Shown here: positions 17,421 to 31,871 of the stretch, one piece after another
How positions within the stretch are numbered: the first letter of the stretch is position 1
Layout of the letters: each line of letters starts with the position of its first letter
Assembly: GCF_009914755.1 (NCBI RefSeq)
Contig: NC_060926.1
Reading direction: 5' to 3' (one strand)
Source: the human T2T-CHM13v2.0 reference genome, Homo sapiens
DNA: 64,000 bases
Notes under the pieces: generated by a model
Databases searched by the model: none
Seen by the model: only the letters and a program-made list of their open reading frames with translations
What the model was told of the DNA's origin: nothing
Program-made: the position numbers and the translations under genes

Positions 17421-17947
17421 CCTATTCTTTGTACCTGAGATCTTCCAGTGTCAGCAGATTTCTGAACTTGAAAATGCTCAGAAAATGACATTTGAGGACA
17501 GATGGAGATGAGCAGCCCTCACCCCTGACCACACCATCTTGCCCTGATGCTCTCTGTAATAAACTGATGATGATCAGCATAGCCGGGGAAGTAGATTGTA
17601 TTCTAGTCCTATGTCTGCTACTAACTGGCTGAGTAACCGTGAACAATTCCACTTTTTCAAATATATCCATAAATATTTTTAAGTAGAAAGTTAAGTTATT
17701 GAGTGCCCAGTTGAGAGCACTGTTGATGACACTGGCTCTCTCTGCTCCTGATAACCCTAAAAGACATGGGAGTTCGATAATGACCTTTAGAGTGAATTTG
17801 GACTTTATCAGCTGTTGCAGCCCAAATGCGCTGATATGATAGCACAAAATGTAGGGCATCTGCATGCAGGAAAGGAGAGTGAAATCAAGGCTCACACAAC
17901 TGCCCTGTCCTGGCTTTCTTTGGCTGGTGCCTGAGGATGCCCTAAAA

Positions 17948-18167
17948 CAAGCTTGTCCAACCTGCGGCCCACAGGATGCATGTGGCCCAGGACAGCTTTG
18001 AATGCAGCCCAACACAAATTAATAAACTTTCTTAAAATATGATGATTTTTTTGGCATTTTTTTTTTAGCTCATCAGCTATCGTTAGCGTTTAGTGTATTT
18101 TATGTCTGGCCCAAGACAATTCTTCTCCCAGTGTGGCCCAGGGAAGCCAAAAGATTGGACACCCCTG
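17948..18167 (-). mobile_element. MER30 (hAT-Charlie MITE), complete
   Basis: Termini CAAGCTTGTCCAA...TTGGACACCCCTG; exact 8-bp TSD CCCTAAAA at 17940-17947 and 18168-18175. Confidence 0.95.
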
Positions 18168-18824
18168 CCCTAAAATATCAAGCTACGTTCAAAGAATAGG
18201 CTGGAAATAAAATCACAGGACAGAGTGGATATGATAAAAACCCCATAGTCCAGCAAAGGGAATAAGGAAGAGAAGAAAAAGGCAAACATTAGATTTTGAC
18301 ACATACAGAAAATTCACCTGCCCAAGAAGAGGCCAAGGGAAGCTCAGAAATCAAGTGTGTAAGAGAATGGCACTGGGTTTGGAAACAGGAGGTAGAGCTC
18401 AACGCTGGCTATATAGAGATCCCGGGTGACTTTAGAGAGCTCATTCATCCTCCTTACATGCATAAAATGCAGATAAAGCCCCATCCCCTTATTTCATAAC
18501 ATTGCTCTAAGAATTCAATGAGATAAATCGGAACAAGAAGGGCAGGTTATTATATCACAGGTAGGTTTCAGATGGCTTTGCCTGTCATTTTAATTTTTCC
18601 TTCTCTCCATTTGGAACAATGTGATTGGTAAATGAATAGGATTACTTTCACTACTTACACGTGTTGGGGAGAGGGACCGTTAACAAACATTTATTGAGAC
18701 TCTAATACATGCAAAGTTTGTAGAGGCATGAGAAAGCGTATAAAACGTACTCTCAACCACTTAACGAATGCAAATAACTACCTCCACTGTCATCCTATAA
18801 TTGATATGAAAGCTAGTTTGGAAC

Positions 18825-19327
18825 TTTTGTACGCAGAATGATGGCCCCCAAGGATATCCATGCCCTAATCCCCAGAACCTGTGAAAACGTAAGGCGATAT
18901 GGAAAAGGAGAATTAAGGTTGCAGATGGAATTAAGGTTACTAACCAGCTGACATTGAGATGGGGAGATTATCCTGGAGTATGTGAGTGGGCCCAGTGTAA
19001 TCAGAAGGGTCCTTGTAAGTGGAAGAGAGAAGGAGAAGAGGGAGATCCAAGGAGATGGCAGCATAAGAAAGAGCCCAATTCTGCTGGCTTTGGAGGTGGA
19101 AGAATGGAGCCAGGGAACTGGGCAGCCTTGAGAAGCTAGAAAAAGGCAAGACAACGAATTCCCTCCAGAGCCTCCAGGAGGGATGGAGCTCTGCTGACAC
19201 CTTGATTTTAGCCCCGTGAAACCCATTTTGGATGTCTGATCTATAGAATTTAAGACAATAAATTGGTGGTGTTTCAAGCCACTACATTTTGGATAATTTG
19301 TTACAGAGGCCATAGGAAACTAACATA
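18825..19327 (+). mobile_element. MLT1C/D-like MaLR solo LTR
   Basis: GCAGAATGATGGCCCCCAAG..CCTAATCCCCAGAACCTGTGAA, GAGATTATCCTGGA, and the end TTTGTTACAGAGGCCATAGGAAACTAACATA. Confidence 0.88.
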
Positions 19328-19524
19328 AGAATTCAGTTGTTTTGTCTTTTTATTTGGAAAGCCAGTCCTCTATCTTGTACTTCTTTGCAAATAAACCTCC
19401 TTTCTTTTCTAAATGTTTTTGTCTCTGAGTCTTCCAGGACAGACATCACAAAGAATTCCCTACCAATTAATTAGTAGCCAGAATATGAGATATATATTCC
19501 AGGTAAGTATTGCTATAAAGATAT

Positions 19525-19848
19525 ACAGTCTAGTCATTTACTGCAAGTTATCCTACCGTTTACTGTTACAAAACAAGCATTTATTATGCTCATGAATTCT
19601 ATGCATTAGGCATTCAGACAGGGCACAGTAGGGGTTGTTAGCTTCTGCTTGAGATAACTGAGTCCTCGGCAGGCTAGAAGGCTGGGAGTATCTTGACAGC
19701 TGGGGGCTAGAATTATCTGACGGCTCATACACTTACATATCTATTAGTCAATGCTGTCTGTAGTCTGGGGCATTAGCTGCTACCATAGGCTGGAACACCA
19801 TTGCATGACCTCCCTGTGTAGCTGGGACTTCCTTACAACACGGTGACT
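19525..19848 (-). mobile_element. MLT1F/G-like MaLR LTR fragment
   Basis: AAAACAAGCATTTATTATGCTCATGAATTCT..CAGGGCACAG and GCTGGGACTTCCTTACAACACGG. Confidence 0.6.
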
Positions 19849-21271
<1,423 letters not shown>

Positions 21272-22714
21272 CAAAAAGGTTCCATTTTGTTTGTTTATTT
21301 ATTCATCTGTTTGCTCTTAGAAATAAAATCACAGATAGGGCCTTGATGTTCTTCTGTGAGTCTAATCTTTCTTTGTATTCCTTGGGAATTTCAAAGAAAT
21401 GACTATTGTCAGGGTAATCTAACAAGGCTACATTTGTGTTCTCTTCCTTCCAAACATTTGTTAATCCACCCTGCAACAACTCAGAGGCTTAAAGCTTTCT
21501 ATAGCACTCTTTCAAACTCAGTTTCATCACTGGTACGTGTTGTTCTCCAAATCAGGTGTGACCTCTGAGGGTTCACGCTCATCTCTGCCCATCAGTGTTC
21601 CAATAGGGAAACAGCTATTGCCTCAAAACCAATTGGTCTCACAGCTAGGGCAATCATCAGTCTGTGGTAGATATGTTCTGCACTGGGAGTCTTAGCAGTC
21701 AGTCCTAGATGATGCCTCCATGTGTAGCAGGTATGAATTTTATTCCACAACATGGAACATAAGAAAGTTCATATTACTTTTATCTCCTAAAATAAAATTT
21801 AATCTTTTCTGAGGTCCTATCCCACTGGGTTAGTAGCAAATTTAATTTTGGTCACTACCTTGCGTCCTTTCCTCACTCAAGATTGGCAAAGTTCCCAGGG
21901 ATCTTCCATAGTATGTGATTCAGGAATGGCTCTCTGGTCCATGGTTCATCACTAATATGGTCATTGTCCAAGCCCATGAAATCCCACAAAGGTGAGCATC
22001 AACTCTGTCCTGGGCTCATGGCTAAGGCTAAGTGGCCAGAGCCCCAGGTCCAGCCTCCTGGGTGCCCCACGTAGTATTCTCTGCTGAGATTCTGCCATCC
22101 TCCTATATTTTCTTACCATTAGGGGAAAGGCACCGGTGCCTACCACCCAATAAACCTAAAAATTTTCTCTCCCTTCTGGTCTTAGAGGATGGTCTAAAAA
22201 CCTCTTCCCCTTGTGGCAGCTTCAACAGCTAGAGCCTCTTGGATACCGAACACTTTCCTCTACCTCCATCTCTTCCCTTGCAGCTCAGCACATTCCCCTC
22301 TGGAGCACAGACTTTGGCAAAACAAAAGCCAGGAGAACCATTGTCTTCTGAGGGGCTGCTGTTTCCTGCTGCTGCTCCTGGGCAGAGACCAGAGATGAAA
22401 ATGGGGTACAAAAATGCTGACTGTATAGCACCAATTTAAAAAAAAAAAAACTCAATTGCAATTTCAGTTTATCATACTGCCACAATTAAATTAGTATAAT
22501 TATAGGATAGAACAGCTCCTCAAAGAGATCTCATCACCTGTAACTCCCAAAGCACATTTGGAAAGGCCCTCCCGCCACCTGTAACCTAAATCATCACATA
22601 TTCCTCTCTGCCTACCAGCATGCTGCCTTCAGTCTGCTTCTGGTTGGGAGTAATTTTGTCTGGAACTCTCTCCCCCAGACCATGAATTCCTTAAGGGCAG
22701 GGACTGGGTTTTTC

Positions 22715-23132
22715 TGTATCAGTCAGGTTCCAAGAGGAAACATGGCACATGGAAACTGGACAATACAAAGAGGTTTGATTTACAAAGGGACTTATTACAA
22801 AGGCATGGGAAAGATGTAGGGAACTTCAAGGGATCACGAGGGAATCCAGAGCTAGCAAAGATCCAAAGAGATGAGAGAAGGTAAAGTTAATGAATCCTGG
22901 AAAAAAAAAGAGTGGGGTAGAGTCAATACCATGCCAAGATGAACACAGGGAAGGTGCTATGGAATGCCAATTTCCTGGCCTCAGTCTCCTCCCTCCAACT
23001 GGACTCTCCATTGGCTAAACCCAACCAGAAACCAGAGGGCTTGGGTGCTGTCGACGTAATCCTCTGATCATCTTTGGGGCAGAGAACAATGTGGCCTTTG
23101 TGGGATCTAAATAATGAGTAGTTCTTCACTAC
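22715..23132 (-). mobile_element. Ancient ERVL LTR (LTR33-like; subfamily unverified)
   Basis: TGTATCAGTCAGG..GGAAACATGGCACA, TTTACAAAGGGACT and CCATTGGCTAAACCCAACCAGAAACCAGAGGGC. Confidence 0.65.
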
Positions 23133-23711
23133 CTTTGGATCAACTCTAGTGTGTGCCCTCTTTAGTCTTACAGTCTAGGGATAGAGAAGGGAGACTAGCC
23201 CCAGTAGTTTCACTCCAAGTTCCCAGCTTATTCCACCTTCTTTTGCTGTACTGAATCCCTTGGGTGATTCTGAACCCTACAAGTACTTAATCTGAGATAC
23301 ACAAGCCATTGCTTGATCATAAGCTGTTTTGCAATTCACATAGGTTATTGTGTTCCTTGAACAGGACTATATATAAATTCTGTAAAGGCAAGATTTGTGT
23401 CTTGTATCTTTCTCATATGTATAACAGCTCTAAACATAATGGTTGTCTAAAGTAAGCACTTTACACTTGTCAAATGAGTGAGTCATCAAAGGGATCTTTG
23501 AGTGTCCAGGAAGATTTGAGCTCCAGGGGTGGGAGGGGGCATGTTTTGAATGACAGCCATACCATGTTACTATAGAGACTTTTCAGGGGAAGAATTACTT
23601 AGAATCAGGCATAGCTTCCCACCTTCCTCCTCTCCTCTCCCCAGCAACTAAAGCCCCAGAGGCACTCCCAGTCACGCTCTGAGAACAGAAAGCTGTTGCA
23701 GAAGCACAGAT

Positions 23712-23900
23712 TCTATTCATTCATGCTTCTATTCATTCAGTTATGTATTCATTCACTTAACAAATAATTATTGAGGCTCTCCTGCATTCCAGGCACTTAG
23801 GTAGGTATTGGGTTTACAGTAGATCATTATCCTGACTTCCTCACCCTTTAAGGGACATATAAATATACAAATTAATGTAAAATTGAAAAGTATGATAAGT
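23712..23900 (-). mobile_element. L2 3' end
   Basis: ATTCATTC repeats followed by AACAAATAATTATTGAG..CCAGGCACT. Confidence 0.75.
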
Positions 23901-23949
23901 GCAGCAATTTTTTTAAGTGTGAAATAAAAGACTAGCTGAGACATGGCCA

Positions 23950-24424
23950 AGGTGGTCAGTGTCCTGCCTACACCCCAGCTTGCCCTGGAGGTCACTGTTG
24001 ATAGCTGCCATCCACGTAATGACTTTCTGTTTGCATCTCTGCTTTGGGGTTCTCTGGGGTGGAAGGGAGGCTAGAAGTTTTAGGGAGTTGGAGCCCCAGG
24101 AACGCCCTTCACCCAGTGAAGGATGGGAGTCAGTGGATCATTACCCTGGCTTCCTCACCCTTTAAAGGACAATTTTGAGACATGTTGCATAAAAGCTCTC
24201 TCAGAGGGCCGCAGAGGAAGACAGCCCCAAGTGCCCAGAGCAGTTACCTGCTCTTTAACCTCACACATGGCTGGCCTTGTTTCCTTCCCTGGATCCCTTC
24301 CTCACTCCCCTACTGCTGCTTCCTGGAATTGCCCCCCGACGCACACATACAAAATTAATTGCATCCATATCATCTCATCCGTATCATCTCAGGGTCTCTT
24401 TTGAGGGGAGCAAAAACTAAGACA
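23950..24424 (+). mobile_element. LTR16-like ERVL LTR
   Basis: GGATGGGAGTCAGTGGAT..GCTTCCTCACCC..TGAGACATGTT and the end CTCAGGGTCTC..GGGGAGCAAAAACTAAGACA. Confidence 0.7.
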
Positions 24425-25519
24425 ATAGAAAACTAACTTACATTCAGGTCAACACCCACTTTTACTTAGACTCTTCCAGACTCAGGGGTCTGTGACATCA
24501 GTTATACATACTCTGAGAAAGACTCTAGTCATTGGAATTTTGGAAGAGAGGTGAGCCAATGACTGGTGGTCCTTCATCATGGGGGGATATGGAGAAGGGA
24601 TTCTGTGTACTGGAAGGGGAGAGGAAAGGGAGGAAGGAGAAACAGGGAGTGACTGAGTGAAGGGACCAGCTGGCAGCCACAGGAAAGAGGTAAATGATTA
24701 TTCCATTCTCTTCACAGAAAAACAGAACTTGGTTCCTTGTCATGGCCTCACAGCAATCCGGACCGTACAAGGCAGAGTGGGGGGCACTTTTAAAGCAAGT
24801 GATACCAACTGTGAGTTTTCTTCAACAGACTCAAAGTGTGAAAAAAGGCCCTTTGTAGGCTACTGATGTTCTTGCTTAGAATGGGTGTTTAATAACTCCT
24901 TCTCCTCCAATGTTAAACTTCAGGGAACTAGTATTCACTACTAAGGGAATGACTTCTCTGAAAGCCAAGGCCACATCTAGTTTCATGTTTGAATTCCTGT
25001 CACAGAGCACAGAGGAAAAGAAGGTGCTCAAAAGTGTGTTGAATGCGCAAACGAACGAGTATGGAAGAGGAGTTGGCAGGGGCCTCGCACGTTCCTTCCC
25101 CTCTCCTAGTGATTCTTCCTTGTGTAGGAGGCTCTGTTAACAGGGCTCTCCCTTAGTAGGCCACTCCAGCCTCTCCCCACCGCTCCCTGACTGGACCCTG
25201 GGAATTATGGAGTGACCCATCTGAGTACTGCTTTTGGAAGAAGAGCTTGAGTAGGGGCAGCCCAGCCCTTTCTTCTCCTCTCTCTCTTCAAAGTGAGCTG
25301 CCCACAGGGTGTATGCATTTTCTTGGTGCCAGCACCTGTGGGACAGGAGGAACAGATGTGAAGTTCAGCCTTTCCCTAAGACCATAGCTATATTCTCCTA
25401 TATCAGTTATAGCATTAATAACAGCAATATTTTGGTTCCCATCAATTCTTTTATATCTTAAAATTCAATTGGTCCAAACTCCAATATTATGGAAGAAGAT
25501 TTTCATAATTTTAGCGGGA

Positions 25520-25688
25520 CAGAATAGACTGAAGTAAAGAGGCCTGAGTCCTGAATGGTCTTCCACTTACCAGCTGTGCAAATTGAGGGTTTTACTTCAC
25601 TTCTCTGAGACTCAGTATGTTCACTGTTGAAAGCATTGATCTAGATGACTTCCAAGATCCCTTCCATGATTCTGAGCATCTGAGATTT
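25520..25688 (+). mobile_element. MIR3/MIRc-like SINE
   Basis: CCACTTACCAGCTGTG, CTTCTCTGAGACTCAGT and CTAGATGACTTCCAAGATCCCTTCCA. Confidence 0.65.
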
Positions 25689-26671
25689 GCAGGGGCATCT
25701 GCCTCTGGGGAGCACCCCCTAGCTCACCTCGTCTGGGCCAGATGCCTCTTCTTTGTGCAACTGGAAGCCTGCTCTGTCCTCCCTGACAGCACTTGCCACA
25801 CTGTTCATATTGTCTGAATCCTCAGCCAGTCAGTTGGCAACATGGGAGTGGGACCATGACTGTTTGATTCCCTGCTGTATTCCCGGCACCTGGTACATCT
25901 CATAGCAGGTGCTTAATTGGCTGAATTCACAATTGTGATACAATTCAGGGGCCAGAGGCCCCTGAGGCACAGTTAGCCACCCTTTCCCTGTGCAGTGGGA
26001 AAAGAAAAGCATCACAGTGGCCGATCTAGCCATGACTCTCACACCACGTACCCCAAGGAATCTGGAAAGTAGATCCCAAGAAAGGCCTGGATTTTGAACC
26101 TGTTTCTGAAGGGGAAAATATCTTCCTATATTGTTTTTCAGATTAATTTGCCAGTGTTAGGGAAACAGTAAGCCATCTTTCGGGGAGAGATGACCATTTC
26201 TCCCATTGGTTCATTCATATTTATAGGCATCTGGTTTGGGGCTATTGCTGTGTCTGTTCGCAGATTCTCAGATTCTCAGTGAGGCTTTTAGCCATTTGGA
26301 AAGCACAATAAACTCCTCTCCATTTCCATCTGCACAAGCCCATGCTGTAGTTATTCCCCTCTACAAGCCCTACCTGCCATCACGACATTTCCCTACCCTG
26401 GGATTGGAGGAAATGAGCAAATCAACCCTGAGCACGCTTCAGGTGGCTCTGTGACCTTGCATTCTTCCCAGTGACCTTTCTCATGTTACTCTCTGCATGG
26501 GCAACTCCAGCCATTATATTAGCAACACACAATTACACCTTCAAGGTACATTCAAGTTCAGGCACTGCCAGGACATAAATACCTTAATGAGGTGACAGCC
26601 ATGCAAAACCTCTGAGTGACGTAAATCAGAGCTCAGATTGCAAAGACACATTGGCAGGTTCACGCCCAAGC

Positions 26672-26782
26672 ACAGAGAAAGAAGAAAGCAGAAAGGGAGG
26701 AAGGGAGGCAGGGAGGCAGAGGAAGGAAGTGGGGAGATGAGAAGGAAGGAGGGAGATGAGAGGGAGGAAGGAAGAAGGGAGA
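26672..26782. repeat. GA-rich low-complexity purine tract
   Basis: Almost pure A/G run (GGAGG, GGAA units). Confidence 0.85.
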
Positions 26783-27648
26783 ATTCTATGGTAATGCTAG
26801 TGGTAGCACGCAGCACAATGTTTTTGAAGTGATTTCTAATGCTTTCATCAAACACTTGCATCCTCATCCCGACTTCCTTGATTTCTCTGCTGGCTAAATC
26901 CCTGCTGGCACACCCAGGATTCAGTACTCACATTCAGCAAGCACTCATCAGTTGACAGAACACAACTTGGCTCTAGGTTGTCCTTGCCTCTATCATACCC
27001 TCCAAATGCACCTCGGCCCATGGGGTGAGGTCTCTACTGCACAGACTCCTAACTCTGTTGGTGTCCTAAAGGAATGTCAATCTCAGGCCTAGAGGCAGAG
27101 TGGATGGTGGGGGAGGGCATATCCAGCCTCCAACAGCAGCCAGGAAAGGGGACTCCGGTGCTACTGCTCTGGCCGATAGGTGACAGAAGGACTTTCTCAT
27201 CCCTGAACCTGCTCACTCTAATGCAAACAGTCTTTGGTTCAGTTCTATACTAACCGCAGAACTGAAGCACTCAAGGGCCCTGTTCCATCATGTAGGGCCA
27301 CGACTAATGCTAGATACTGAGAAAAATGGTGAGAGATAGAATCCAGAGTCAGAGGTCAACATAAAAGGTAATGACAAGTAGCTGACCTGTGGAGATGCAA
27401 TCAGCCTGGCTTCGCCTCCTTGGACTGCTGTTTCCTCTAAGGGTTGCATGGCTGCTCTGCGGGCATGTATGCACCTGTCTTAAAGGCATAGCTGTCTGAG
27501 TGATGCCCAACATCCCCAGGCCTGGTTATTCCACTCCCAACAGCCCCACCACCTCGCAAGGGCTTCATGTGGTTGTTCCCACAATGGTGGCAGTAGAATG
27601 AGCAGTAGCTTTTATCCACCTTACTCCAGGAATAGGAGGGGCCCAGTG

Positions 27649-28270
<622 letters not shown>

Positions 28271-28984
28271 TGGTAGGATTCCCAGAAGGCCACACTCTCC
28301 CCAGTCATTCTAGAGATGCCTGCCTCAGTTATATGAACCAGTAAGGACAAAGGGGCTCTGAGATCATCAGAAACAAAGCATGTAGGCCAAGGAGCCAGGA
28401 GCAGCAAGCAAGGACATGTCAGTCTGACCCCAGATAAGGGAATACTTCCAACTCAGCACAGAAGCTCATATGCTCCATCAGGAGCTCTCCTGTCTAAATG
28501 CACCAGCCTTTCCTTCCTGTAATGAAACCATGTCTCAATCTCTGCAGTGCCCCCAGAAAAGAGACAAACAGGAAGTTGAACCCAAATTGCGCTTGTTTTT
28601 TCCCTTATCCAAACCAAAAAGAAGGAAGAGTCTATAGCCCTCACAGATCAGAGAAGGGAGTACATAAATAAAAAACACATGGCCACCATAATATCTGGCC
28701 CTTCCAGCATCCTGCTTACCTGGCAAAACTCAGATTCCATTGACACCACTGGAGAGGAGAGTGACTTTCCCCCTTTATAGGCCATACTCTGCATCCTCAT
28801 CAACCCCACCTCTGCACCCAGCTGTCCCAGTACAGACACCTAGGACTGCACCTGCATTACTTAATCTCATGTATTAACATATATCTTTCCCTCTACTAAT
28901 GTGTTAGCTCCTCGAGAGTAGGGTTCAGGGCTTATTTATTTCTGCATCCCTGGCACCTGACGCAGACTAGCTTTGAAGATAGTA

Positions 28985-29210
28985 AAAACAGGTGATAAGA
29001 GAACAAACACAAACTCTGAGTTGGCCAGCCCTAGAATTACAAATTTGCTGTATTTTGAATAGCGCATAATCTTGGGGAGTTGGTGGGACCTTTCTATGCC
29101 TCAATTTCCTCATCCATAAAATGAAAACAATGATTCCTATCTCTTAGGGTTAATGTGAAGATTTGGTGTGGAACACACTTAGAGCACTTTAACTCAACTC
29201 ACGACATACG
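28985..29210 (+). mobile_element. MIR SINE relic
   Basis: CTATGCCTCAATTTCCTCATCCATAAAATG core. Confidence 0.75.
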
Positions 29211-29234
29211 GTGGGGATCCAGGAAAAGTGGGTT

Positions 29235-30151
<917 letters not shown>

Positions 30152-30272
30152 GGTTCACCTTTCGCTCGAGCTGGAGCAGATAGAGAAAAACAAGAGGTGA
30201 TAGGAACTGGGCTGAGTTGAACATCAGCCTTCATCTGGCTATGTACAGGCTGTCAGCAAGAGTACAAGTCTT

Positions 30273-30560
30273 GGCCAAATGCAGTGGCTCATGTCTGTAA
30301 TTCCAGCACTTTGGGAGATGGAGGTGGGAGGATTGCTTGAGCCCAGGAGTTTGAAACCAGCCTGAATAATGCAGTGAGACCTTGCCCTTACAAAAAATAA
30401 ACAAAATTAGCCAGACATGGTGGCACATGCCTGTAGTCCCAGGTACTTGGGAGGCTGAGGTGGGAGGATTCCTTGAGCCCAGGAAGTGGAGGCTGCCATG
30501 AGCTGCCACTGTACTCCAGTCTCTGGGTGACACAGCAAGACCCTGTCTCAAAAAACAAAA
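30273..30560 (+). mobile_element. AluJ
   Basis: GGATTGCTTGAGCCCAGGAG J diagnostic; TSD AGTACAAGTCTT at 30261-30272 and 30561-30572. Confidence 0.95.
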
Positions 30561-31194
30561 AGTACAAGTCTTTTCAGTCCCTTACATCAAGGCTGTTCTG
30601 ATCCTTAGTCTAACGTTATTCTAGCCAAAGGGGCAAGTAGCAAGAGACGTCCTCCCAGTCTGTGCCTTGATTTAGAAAGCACCTCACAGTTTGTGAAATA
30701 AATGGCAATGTATTCAAAGGGTATCAGATGAGAGTATTACTTCCTTTCACTGGCTGGCTATATTGTTTTCTTGATTTCATTTCTCGATGCATGTTAATTG
30801 GCCTGCTTGTCTCTCTTGCTCCATTTCACTCTGTGTGTCTTGTCTATAGATATGTAGGTCTCTCACACTCCCCAGGTGTCTATCTTTATGTGATTTTCTG
30901 TCTTTCTATCTCTCCCTGTCAAAAAGCCTCTTTTTTCTGTGTTTTTCTTTACTGTTTTTCTCTCTCTAGCCCATGTTTTCTTTTTCTTATTTGGGCATTA
31001 TATGTAAATGAATGTATACTTTAAAATTGTTTTGTGTAGTTCTTATGATAAATTTTAAAAATGGAATGCTTTATATTTCTCTCCCATTTGACAAAAAAGA
31101 CACTGCTAAAGAAAATCCCATCAAGTTATTTTTCAATATGTTTCCCTTGGTTTTTATTTTCAGCATATCAGTATCTCAGTAATAGTGATTAGAA

Positions 31195-31360
31195 AAATAA
31201 TAGCAAACATTTGTACAGCACTTACTACATGCCAAACACTTTTCAAAGCGTATATTTCTCCTGTGAACTAGAAAACAACCCAACAAAAATGAAATGGATA
31301 CTATTATTATTGCCATTTTACAGAAGAGAAAGTTGGAATGTCTGAATAGCCTATGAACCA
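31195..31360 (-). mobile_element. MIR SINE relic
   Basis: AATAATAGCAAACATTT..CACTTACTACATGCCA..CCATTTTACAGAAGAGAAA. Confidence 0.75.
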
Positions 31361-31364
31361 TCAC

Positions 31365-31871
31365 TTTCCCCCTTTCCCTGGGAACTGTCCCTTCTCATGT
31401 GAGCCCAAAAATGGATCCTCAGTTATATTGGTTGAGCAAATCCAGCCCTTAGCCATAGCTGATCTGACCAGAAGAGGACACCTGAATTAGACTGGGGCAC
31501 TCAGACCTTCTGCTCCAAGGCTTACACTCTGAGAGATGCCAGTCAATTTCTGTGTGTAGCAGGACTCATACTGCATACATGCATGAGCTGTGAGGTGGCC
31601 ATATTCTACCACAGGGACCAGAGAGGGAGAGACAGCAGATAAGCAGAGAAATAGAAGAACAGAGACATGCAAAGGAGAAGAGATGGGGGCAGGAGACAGA
31701 GCTCGGCCAGCTTCCTCATCCCAGTGCCTGCACTTAGTGAGGGAGCTGCTTCCCTGTCCTTGGGGACCACCAAACAAGCATGCCCCTGTGTCCATCCAGT
31801 CATTTCCCCTTTTGTTCAACTTTTTCAAAGGAGTTTCTGTTACTGGCTACCAGGGACTTTCCTAACATACA
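31365..31871 (+). mobile_element. Ancient MLT1-type MaLR LTR
   Basis: GCCATAGCTGATCTGACCAG..GGACACCTGA and the end GAGTTTCTGTTACTGGC..CCTAACATACA. Confidence 0.55.

Noticed and set aside
17422-18015. 197-aa minus-strand ORF
   Set aside because: Starts inside MER30, crosses a MIR-like fragment, and shows no domain or splice support.
18813-19313. 166-aa minus-strand ORF
   Set aside because: Almost entirely antisense MLT1 LTR.
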